From positions 170,933,415 through 170,997,414 of the forward strand of contig NC_092375.1 of the NCBI RefSeq assembly GCF_030028105.1: 64,000 bases of DNA, read 5' to 3'. Source of the DNA: Mobula birostris (lineage: Eukaryota). The notes under the pieces were generated by a model. It was given only the letters and a program-made list of their open reading frames with translations, did no database searches and had not been told where the DNA came from. This document shows, piece after piece, positions 25,601-37,600 of the stretch. Position 1 is the first letter of the stretch, and the number at the start of each line of letters is the position of its first letter. Made by a program: the position numbers and the translations under genes.

Positions 25601-28600
25601 AATACGGAACTGATACGGTACAAATACGGTAGTGGCAATCCTACTTGGATGGTGAGGAACTTGGTATAAGCCACGCTACCCAGCATTGATTTCTTTACTC
25701 ATGGAAATCTTGCCTCACCATGCCCAGCACACTCTGGTGGAACTCAATTCCAATGCCCCAACGCGTCTTCAGCGGAAAGCAAAATGGTCTCCCCACTATC
25801 CCGCACGTGCGTAATGACATCACCGTCTCCCTTAAAGGCACAGACAACTATTCTAGCATTACCTGGATGGATGCCTAAGTACACTTTTAACGACACTGAA
25901 TAAGATCCGACGGTCACCCGGTTACACTAGCTGCGTTGCAGGAGTTGCCAGTCAGCATTGAACTCAATGTAGGACTGCCTTAGGGACTCCAGCTCTGGAT
26001 TTTCCTTAGGGTTTACTCCCAAAACCTTCCCCATGAGTGGGTATAGCCGCAGGACAGTGGAGGTATGAGATCAGAGTTTTCCTTCTCCTAGATGAGCTGC
26101 CAATGACAGCTGACAACCCCATTTGCCTGAAGTGACTGGTTTTAAGGCACTTAATTTATTTCCTTCTAAACCTTTTCTATCAATGTCCCTGTCCAAATGT
26201 CTTTTAAATGTTCTAATGTACCTGCCTTTACAACTTTCTCTTGTAGCTTGTTCCAATGCCCACCACAGTCTGTGTGGAAGAGCATGCCTCTATATCTTTC
26301 CCTTCTTACCTTAATCTAATTCCCTCTAGTTTTATACTCCCTGACCCTGGGAAAGAGACTGTGACTATCCACTCCATCTTATCCTCCTCGTGATTTCCTA
26401 AAGGTCATTCATCAATCATCTCTGCTCCAAGGATAACAGTCCCGGGCCCTCCAGTCTCAGCAACATCCTTAAGGACCCCCACCACCCTGGACATGCCCTC
26501 TTCACACTGTTACCATTGGGAAGGAGGTTCAGAAGCCCAAGGCACACACTCAGCAATTCAGGAACAGCTTCTTCTCCTCTGCCATCCAGTTTCTAAATGG
26601 ACATTGAACTGATTAACACTACCTCACTACCTTTTTATTTGTTATTTTGCACTTAACTATTTAATAGACATGTATATACATAATGTAACTCTTTTTTCTC
26701 TATATTTATTTATCATGTATTTCATTGTACTACTGCCTTAAAGTTTCATGACATATACTGGTGATATTAAATCTGATCCTGATTCTGAAATATCATAAGC
26801 TATAATTTTGTATTACTACTGTTGAATTTTGAATACTGTCTAGTGGGAAAAAATTGGTGAAATATAATTTGATTGCATTAATACTCTTGATAATCAATCA
26901 ATCTTGATAATTCTATGATGCAGATAAAAGTATTGATTTGTCTGTTCAATATTAAAAATATTCCAACACTCTTAATACATCTACTTTGATAGTCAGATTG
27001 GTGTATTAGTCATGATAAGTTGACACTGATTATTGTTTCCAATTTTTGGTAACATCTAACTGGTATTAGAACAATCCATTACACTACCTCTAAATTAAAT
27101 GCTGGTGAGATTATTACTGATATTCGCCAATCACTATTTTCTTTAATTACCTGTCAGAGGTTACAACGGGACATTGATAGGATGCAAAACTGGGCTGAGA
27201 AGTGGCAGATGGAGTTCAACCCAGATAAGTGTGAGGTGGTTCATTGGTAGGCCAAATATGATGGCAAAATATAGTATTAATGGTAAGTCTCTTGGCAGTG
27301 TGGAGTATCAAAGGAATCTTGAGGTCCAAGTCCATAGGACACTCAAAGCTGCTACGCAGGTTGACTCTGTGGTTAAGAAGGCATACGGTGCATTGGCCTT
27401 CATCAGTCATGGGATTGAGTTTAAGAGCCAAGAGGCAATGTTACAGCTATATAGGACCCTGGTCAGACCATACTTCAAGTACTGTGCTCAATTCTGGTTG
27501 CCTCACTATAGGAAGGTAATGGAAACCATAGAAAGGGTGCAGAGGAGATTTACAAGGATGTTGCCTGGAATGGGGAGCATGCCTTACGAGAATAGGTTGA
27601 GTGAACTCGGCCTTTTCTCCTTGGAGCGATGGAGGATGAGAGGTGATTTGATAGAGGTGTACAAGATAAGGGGAGGCATTGATCATGTGGATAGTTAGAG
27701 TCTTTTCCCCAGGGCTGAACTGGCTAGCATGAGAGGGCATAGTTCTAAGGTGCTTGGAAGTAGGTACAGAGGAGATGTCAGGTTAAGTTTTTTAATGCAG
27801 AGAGTGGTGAGTGCGTGGAATGGCTGCCAGTGGCGGAAACGATAGGGTCTTTTAAGAGACTCCTGGATGTCTACCTGGAGCTTAGAAAAATAGAGGGCTA
27901 TGGGTAAAGCCTAGGTAGTTCTAAGGTAGGGACATGTTCGGCACAGCTTCGTGGGCTGAAGGGCCTGTATTGCGTCGTATGTTTTCTATGTTTCTACTGT
28001 CACAGGGAGAACCTGGATTGCCAGGACCAAGAGGGGCTGAAGGAGCACTTGGCATAGGGATTCAAGGAGAGAAGGTAAATACTTTTCCTCTGAAATATGT
28101 GGTGTGATTTCTCCTGTTTTTCCTAGGATATAGGAAGATGTTTGCATTTTCTCCACCTTGGATCTGGAGGACATCTGCCAAATTGTTTGCTTCCAGTCCA
28201 TTGTGAAAGCAACATTATACATTAACATTGTTCTACTGATTCCCTGACAAACTGCATCACTGCATGGTACAGAAACTGAACTATGGATCTAGCTCTTTTA
28301 GAGCAATGACCCACCCCCTTAACACTACGTATTGACCTGTTGTCCATGCATGTGCATTGTTCTCTCTCTTGTTGCAATGTGAATACACCAGTTACAGCCC
28401 TCTTCCACGTGCATGCTTTTATTTAATTGATATGTTGTTGTGCACAGACACAATAAATTGGTGATGAGTATGAACCTGAATGTCAGAAAATATCAAAACT
28501 ACCACTAGTTACGGGACAAAACAATGAGAGTTAAGCAGCATGAGAAAGCCATCACGGGTGCAAGCAAATGAATGCATGTGTAAGATTGAAAGATGCACTG

Positions 28601-31600
28601 AATTTAAAATGAAAATAATGTGATGATGGCTTCAGTCAGGAAAGTTGATGAATTTGATAGTGCTGAGGAAGGCTGGGAATCCTACATCAGGAGGGTTGAA
28701 CTGTTTTGTAATGCGAACGACATGGAAGAGAAAAAGAAAGTCCTTGTGCTTCTTAGCTTAATAGGGGCAAGAACGTACAGTCTTTTACACAACTTAGTAA
28801 CCCCTGAAAAACTAGTGAGCAAGACATTCAATGAAATTGTTACAGTTTAACAAAATCACTTGACCCCTAAACCACTGGTTATAACTGAGAGATTTAGATT
28901 TTACAAAAGGAACCAGTCAAAGGATAAAAACCTTTCTGAATACATTGCAGAACTGCACAGATTTTCCCAGTACTGTGACTTTAGAAGTGGATTTTTTGAT
29001 GCACAGGACAGGATTGTATGTGGCATGCATAGTCAAAGCACTCAAAAGATGCTACTCTCTGAAAGAGACGGAACATTAGAATGGGCATTGACCATTGCAA
29101 TATTGTTTGAGACTACAGCAAAGGAGGTTAGAATGTGAAATGCGCAAAACATTCCTTAGTGGTACAAAAAGCCAAAATGTTATCAATGTGGCAAATCCTC
29201 CCATGATGCACATGACTGTTGGTTCAAGGAAAAAGTGTGCAGAAAGTGTCACAGACAAGGTCACAAAGAGTGTGCAAATCAAACAAAAAAGGACAATCAA
29301 AAAGAAAAACCACACCAAGTGAAGTGTTTTACACACAAAACTAAGCAAGTGCATAAAGTGAGTGAATGTGAAACAGACAACATAGAGTCTGATGAAGGTG
29401 AGCTGTCATGCCTAGAATTGCATAATATTACTGAAGCAGATCACAAAATCATTTGGATCACAATAGATGTGTCTGGTGTAAAACTTAAAATGGAGCTGGA
29501 TACAGGGTCAGATTTGTCTATGATTTCAGAGGCTGACTACAACAGACTGTTTTCTAAGATACCATTAGAAAAGACCTCAGTAATATTAAAGACCTACACA
29601 GGCAAAAATGTACCTCCCAAAGACAAACTAAAAGTGAACGTAACGTATGGAGGCCAAACACAGCAGTTAGAGGTTTATGTATTGAAAAAAGTGCCAGCAC
29701 TTTTTGGACGTGAATAGTTGAGAAAAATCAAACTAGACCGGCACTCAAACAAAGCTCTCAGTGTGACATCAACAGGAAATGGCAGCCCAAATGGTAGTAC
29801 TGCCCAGAGACTGGCACAACTGCTTAATGCTAATGAGACGGGCATTGTTAAACTCAGAGGCATGAAGGCCAGAATTGAACTGGATGAAACAGCAACACCA
29901 AGATTCCATAAAGTGCATCCAGTGCCTTACACACTACATCCTACAGTGGATGCTCTATGGCAGAGCTTGGAGGCATCTAGAATTCTCTCCAAGGTTGAGT
30001 GGAGCGATTAGACCACGACCATTGCCCCAGTGATCAAGGAAGGGAAGGCTGGAGTCATTTTCATGTGTGGGGATTTCAAGGTGAATATCATCCCTGTGCT
30101 GCGTACTGTGCAGTATCCTTTGCTGTGATTAGAAGACACTTTTGCATCTTTGGCAGGTGGGGAAAGGTTTTTCAAAGATTGACTTGTCACAAAGCTATTT
30201 GCAAATGGAGATTGAGGAATCAAGCAGGAAGTTCCTCACAAGGAACTGTTCCAGTATAATCGTCTTGTCATTGGCGTCGCATCAGCTCCTGCAATTTGGC
30301 AAAGAACAATGGACCAAGTGCTCCAAGATATCCCAGGAACACAGTGTGACCTCGATGACATCATTGTGACTGGCAAAAATGATGAAGAGCACCTCCAGAA
30401 CCTTGGTAGAGTGCTTACCAGGGTGATTGAATATGGTCTGTGCACACAGAGAGAGAAATGTGAGTTTTTCAAGATTGAAATCTCATATTGTGGACATGTC
30501 ATTAACAAGCAGGGTTTACATAAGTCACAAGTGAAGACTGAAGCAGTGCCACAGGCACCCAAACCAGAAAATGTGTCACAACTCAGATCATACTTGGGCC
30601 TTGTAAACTACTATCACTGGTTTCTCCCAAACATCACTACAGTGCTGCATCCATTCAATGCACTGTTACAGATAGGAGCAAAGTGGGAATGGTCAGAAAG
30701 ATGTGAAAAAGCATTCAAGGAAACGGAGACTAATAACTTCCAATGAACTGCTCACCTATTCTGACTCATCCCTGCCTATCAGACAGGTGTGCGATGCATC
30801 CTCGCCCATCAGACAGGTGTGCGATGAGTCCCCCTATGGCATTGAAGCCGTCTGGTCACACACTATGAAAAATAGATCTGAACGCTCAATTATGTTTGCT
30901 TCAAGATCACTGACAAGTGGACAATGCAACGACGCACATATTGACCGAGAGACCCTTAGTCTAGTATGGCGAATAAAGAAGTTCCACCACTACATCTACA
31001 GACAAAAGCTTACACTAGTGACAGGTCACCAGTGCTGTATGTCCATTTTCAATCCTTGGAAGGAAATTCCAGTGATGACTGCTACACAGTTACAACGTTG
31101 GGCACTGTTCCTACGATCTCACTCTTATGACATAGAGTTCAAGGGTACCAAACAACACAGCAACACTAATGGCTTGTCTCGTCTTCCACGGTTGGCAACT
31201 GAAGAAGGAAAGTCTTGTACTGTGACCCAGCAGAAGTGATCTGCACCTCATTGCTGGACCAGTTACTGAAATACAAAGAGAAACAAGGAATGACCCGACA
31301 TTGTCAAAAGTCTATGAAATCACCGTACAAAGATAGCCAGCTCATGGTAACTCTATGTTCCCAGAGTTCTCAGCAAGACGAGATGAACTGTTGGTATGTC
31401 AAAGGAAGCTGATGTGTGGATCTCATGTTGTGGTTCCTTCTAAACTGTACACCAAAGTGTTATAAAATATGCATGAAGGACACCTGGGTACGATCAAGGT
31501 GAAGAGTCTCACCCAGAGTGACATGTGGTGGCCAGGAATAGATAAGCAGATTGAAGACGTGGCCAAAAGCCGTTTGGGATGCCAAAACGTTCAAAATGCA

Positions 31601-34600
31601 CGCCCAGAGGCACCATTACACCCGTGGAAGTGGCCTTTGTCATCATGGCAAAGAGTGCAGATTGACTTTGTGGGGCATTCATGGACTCCATATTTCTGAT
31701 TGCTGTGGATCCTCATTCAAAGTGACTGGAGATTATACCAATGAAGTCAACCACCTCAGCAAAGACTGTCTCCATTCTGAAATGGCTTACACAAACAAAT
31801 TGTGAGTGACAACAGACCACAACACATGTCAGAAGCATTCTGAATGGTCATGAAGAAAAATGGCATCAGACATTTCAAGTCATCTCCTCACCGTCCAGCA
31901 ACGAATGGGTTAGCTGAAAAATCTATCCAGACCTTCAAGAGGTCCATTAAAGCATGGACAAGGAGGACATTTCTCTACAGCACAAGGTGGACAACTTCCT
32001 TTTTGTGTATCAGAACTCTGTTCATGCAATGACAAATCAAATACCTGCACTGCTGTTCATGAACAGGAATCTGAGAACTTGCATCGACCTCCTGAAACCA
32101 GATCTACGGAGGGAAGTGCAGAATAGCCAGTTCAGCCAGTTGCCAATTTAAGCAGCAAGGAGCTTCAAGATTGGACAGGAAGTCATAGCGTGTGATTACT
32201 GAGAGGAGAAGTGGACACCCGGTAGGACAGCTACAAGAACTGGACCACTGATGTACACGGTGGATGTTGGAGATCAGACATAGAGACGTCATGTGGACCA
32301 GAAACTGGATGTTCAACTGAAGAACACACCTGAGTTAATTGCATCCAACTAGTTGGACACATTACAAGCACCAGACTTATCTCTCAGTGATGATCATGGT
32401 CAGTGTCAGCAATGTGACACTAGAAACTGAGAACGTTGTCTTAGACAAGATACCTGCCAAACCTGATGCCACCCCACAGGACCAGAGGCGCTATCCTGAA
32501 AGAAACAGAATTCAAAAGACTGAACTTTTAGAACTGTGAAGTTAGTTATGGACTGTTATTGTGAAAGCATATTTATTTGGAATATGGGTTTATGAAAGGG
32601 AAACTGAATGTTTTGTACATAGACAGTTTTATGTTGCATTAATCTAAAGGGGGAGGAAGTGTAATGTATGGATCTGTTCCTTTTAGAGCAATGAACCCCC
32701 CACCCCCTTAGCACTATGTATTGATCTGTTGTCTGCACATATGCTGTTGTCCATGCACGTGCATTGTTCTTTCTCTCTCTCTCTCGTTGCAATGTAAACA
32801 CACCAGTTAAAATCATCTCCCGCATGTGTGCATTTATTTAATTGATATGTAACTGTGCACAGAGACAACATGCAAGTGCAACATGTGAAGGTTCTACAAC
32901 AGGTAGTCAAAACTGCCCAATGTGTCACTGGCACCAACCTACCCACCGTCAAGGACGTATATACACATACAGGGGAGGGAGAGGGAGAAGGAGAGAGAAA
33001 TCCTGATTGGTCTCTCTTTGTACTAAGTAGACCTATCAGTTTTGTCTGTGGGCAGGCTTTACAGTCAACCTCCCCCTCTCTTTCATTGTCCATCAGTTCA
33101 GTTTAGTGCCCTGCAGCGCCATGGCAGAGTGTTCCAAAAAAAGAAAATATAAAATGTACTTCACCCCAGACTACACTAAAGTGTACCCCGCCTAATAGGG
33201 GCCAAAAATAATGACAGTGTTGCTCGCTGCACTGTTTGCAACAGTGACTTTTCTATTGCCCATGGTGGGTTAAATGACTGTAAAAGACATGTTGAGGTGA
33301 GTCCTGGATTATGTCTCAACTAACTTTGAAGGACTGGTGCCAAACTACAAAAGTTTGCCAGTTGATGAGTTCTGGGGGAAGCTGTCCAAAGTAAAATCTG
33401 TGAGCACAGGGCACTTGAGATTCAAAAAGCTCTGCCAGTTGATGAAGCTGCTTTTGGTGCTGCCAAATTCTAATTGTGATGTAGAAAGGGCATTCAGCAT
33501 GATGCATCACATTAAGACAGAATTCAGAAGTTAGCTGTCTCACAAAACACTTGTGAATCTGACGTTTTGCAAAATTAACAAATTCATTGACACAGACTGC
33601 TATGAGGTTGAGACCTCCCTGAAATGAGTTTTTGCAGGGTGGGATGTCTGTATACAGAAAAGGGCCAGTAGCATCATGAAGGTTCTCATCCACCCTGCTC
33701 ATGTACCATAAGGTGGATCAACACTTCCACCCACTAACCCACCCCTCCAGACCCCCAACCACCACTACTTTATCATTTCCTGTCAGTCACATTGTATACA
33801 GACACTCTTGGGCCTAGCATCACTTTATGGACATACAATCAATCTATGTATGTAAGCTCTCTTACATATTTATAATTATTGTGTTTTTTAATTTTTATTA
33901 CATTCTTTATCCTATTGTATTTTTGGGCTGCATTGGATCGGGAGTAGCAATTATTTTGTTTGACTTACACTACTGTACTGGAAATGAGATTAAACACTCT
34001 TGAATCTTAGATCCTGAATTGCCACAGGATGACAAATGTAAATAATTACCCCCCCCCGCACCCCCAAGTCCAGAAATGCAAAAGGAAAAAGTTACTGCTT
34101 CTTCCTTACCGCCTCTTGTCTTTTTATTTCTTACAGGGTGATATAGGTCAGACTGGGCTGCGAGGTTTGATTGGTCCACCTGGAATAACAGGGCCAACAG
34201 GACCAAAGGCAAGTTGTAGTCTATATTGGTTGTTGTACACACTGGAATTTTAGAATTTCATCTAATTCTGCTACATGTACCTGATTAGACAGAAGATTTA
34301 TCAACTGCAAAGGAGGTGGGGATGAGAATAACAATGGAAATTTAAAGGTCACACTTACCTAGAGAAGGAAGGATGTTTTGGATTCCTAGCCCAACCCAAG
34401 ATGCATTGAGCTACATATACTGCCTATAAAAAGTATTCCACCCCCCACCCCCCGGAAGTTTTCATGTTTTATTGTTTTGCAACATTGACTTTAATTTGGC
34501 ATTTTTGACAGTGGTCAACAGAAAAAGACTAGTGTCAAAGTGAAAACCAACCTCTACAAAGTGATCTAAATTAATTGCAAATATAAAACACAAGACAATT

Positions 34601-37600
34601 GATTGTGTAAGTATTCACCCCTTTTAATACAACACACCAAACAATCACTGGTGCAGCCAATTGGTTTTAGAAATCACATAATTAATGAAATGGAGATCAA
34701 TCTGTGTGTAGTCAAGGTGTTTCAATTGATTGTAGTTAAAGTTCACCTGTATCTGGAAGGTCCAACTGGGATTAGATCAGTTATAGATTATGGTTGTATT
34801 GCTTATGGTTTTGCTGCTACGGCAGAGCTTGGAAAACTGGACACTGTGCAGTCCAAAGCACTTAGACTCTGTTGTGGAGCTTTTAGAACAGCATCAGTCC
34901 CGGCATTATGTGTGGAGATGGGAGAAGTGCCTCTGCATTTAAGACGAATTCAGTTGGGCCTGTAGTATTGGGTAAAACTAAATGGATTCAATCACAGCTG
35001 TCCGCTAAAGTGTCTTTTGCAGGGGAAGTCGGAGTGCCAAAGTAAAATTAAAAGATACCCATTTTTAGATTTGGTTAATAACTGGGCTGTGAAATTGAAA
35101 CTGACTGAGGAAGACATAGTTGACCAAATTTGCTTGCCACCCATCCCTTTTTGGCTCTTTCCAGAATCAGAAGTAAACCTATTTCTCCTTTTTCAGCTTA
35201 AAGGAAGCAGTGCAATTTCATCAGCGTTGATCACAAATGAATATTTAAATAATAAATATGGATCTTATCTGAAGATTTTTCCTGATGGCTCAGTGGACCC
35301 AGAGAGCAGTAGGGCAGGATTTGGGATGTATGTGTCTCAACTTGAAGTTAAGGTTGGTCACCGGGTTTCAGGTGGTGTTTCTGTCTTTGCAACAGAATTA
35401 TTAGCAATCCTCTGGGCTTTATGGTGAATAGAAGACTCTCGACCACATAGGGTTATCATCTGTTCGGATTCTGCTGCTGTCTTAGAGTCTGTAAAAGGAA
35501 GTAAATCAAAAGCTCGTCCTGACTTAGTTATTGAGATTCTCTTAGTGTTGTTTAGAGTAGGGAAGATGGGTTGTGCAATTAGATTTTCATGGATACCTGG
35601 GCATGCTGGGGTGGAGGGAAATGAAATTGTGGATGGCATTGCAAAGTCTTCCTTACAGAGCAGGCAAGTAGAAATTAGAGTTGCCCTAGGCAGAGCAGAG
35701 TTGAGAAGTAGGATTAAAAAAGGTATAGAGAAGAAGTGGCAGGAGGATTGGAAAAATGAATTAAGGGGCAGGCATTATTTTTCTAGTCACCCACTAGTTA
35801 AAAAGGTCTCAGACTGTTACCTTTTAAGTTGTAGAGATATGGTGAAATTTACAAGACTTAGGTTGGGGCATTGTGGGCTAAACTATTATTTAAATGTAAT
35901 AGGAAAATATCCTGCTGGATTATGTGACTGTGGTAGTCCAGAGACAGCCCAGCATGTTTTGCTGAGCTGTAATCGATACAAAATTGAAAGAAGCATGTTG
36001 TTCAAGAGGCTATCTGGCTTAAATTTATTTTGGTTTTCTATTAAATCTTTGTTTGGCCATCAAGAGAATCAATATCTGATTGAAGAGGCCATTATTCAGT
36101 TTATACGTGAGACTAGGTTGTATTCAAGAATTTGAGTTCCTTGAAGTTCTATAATTAATTATACATCCTGCGGAGGGCTGTAATACGCCTAGATGCGTCT
36201 AAACAGCCAGAAACAGAAGAAGAAGAAGAAGGCCCAACTGCTGGTGAGCCAGTATCCTGGCAAAAACTACACCACGAAGTCAAAAGAACACTCCAAACAA
36301 CTCCACAAAAAGGTTATGGAAAAGCACAAGTCAGGAGATGGATACAAGAAAATTTCCAATATCCCTTGCAGTACAGTTAAGTCAATCATCAAGAAATGGA
36401 AAGAATACAGCACAGCTGTAAATCTGCCTAGAGCAGGCTGTCCTCAAAAACTGAGTAACCGTGTAAGAAGGGGACAAATGAGGGAGGCCACCAAGAGACC
36501 TATGACAACTTTGAAGGAGTTGTAAGCTTCAGTGGCTGAGATGGGAGAGACTGCACATACAACAACTGTTGCCAGAGAAAGCCACTGTTGAAAAAACACT
36601 TACATGAAATGTCAGCCAGAGTTTGCCAGAAGACATGTGGAGTCAACTGGAAGAAGGTTCTATGGTTTGATGAAACCGAAATTGAGCTTCTTGGCCATCA
36701 GACTAAACACTACACATCATCACAAACACACCATCCCTACTGTGAACAATGGTGGCTTCATCGTGCTGTGAGGACATTTCACTGGATCTGGCCCTGGAAG
36801 GCTTGTGACAGTAGGAAGTAAAATGAATGCAACAAAATACATGGAAATCCTGGAGGAAAACCTGATGCACTCTGCAAAGGAACTGCGGCTCAGGAGAAGA
36901 TTTGCTTTCCAGCAAGACAATAACCCCAAGCATAAAGCCAAAGCCACACAAGAGTGGCTTAAAAGCAACAAAGTTAATGTCCTGGAGTGGCCAAATCAGA
37001 GTGCAGACCTCAATCCAACTTAGAATTTGTGGCTGAACTTAAAAGGTGCTGTTCACTCATGCCATCTGACAGAGCTTGTGCAGTTTAGTAAAAAAGAATG
37101 GGGAAAAATTGCAGTGTCCAGTGCAAAGCTGATAGAGACCTGTCCACAGAGACTCAAGGCTGTAATTGCTGCCAAAGGTGCATCTACTAAATACTGACCT
37201 GAAGGGGGTGAATACTTCTGCAGTCAATTATTTTGTGTTTTATATTTGTCATAAATTTAGACCAATTTGTAGAAATCTGTTTTCACTTTGACACGCAAGA
37301 GTCTTTTCTATTGATCAGTGTCAAAAAAGCCAAAGTAAATCCATTGTCATTCAATGTTGTACAATAGAACATGAAAACTTCCAAGTGGGGGGGGGGGGGT
37401 TGAATACTTTTTATCAGCACTGTAATTAATGCCAATGCGGACATCAACACTTTAGCTAGGATTTCCTTCAATATTTTCCCAGACATCATGTGTGGTAGAG
37501 ATTTGTCATAAATTTCAGAATTTTGAAGAGATAAGATGGCATGTTAATAAACATGTTGAGATCTTTTTGTAAAATCCAGTTCTAAAATTAAATGCACAAA

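Noticed and set aside
25930-26150. Possible HDV-like ribozyme in RTE 5'UTR-like sequence
   Set aside because: RTE 5' ends can carry HDV-like ribozymes, but I could not identify the nested double pseudoknot by eye; a descriptor search is needed.
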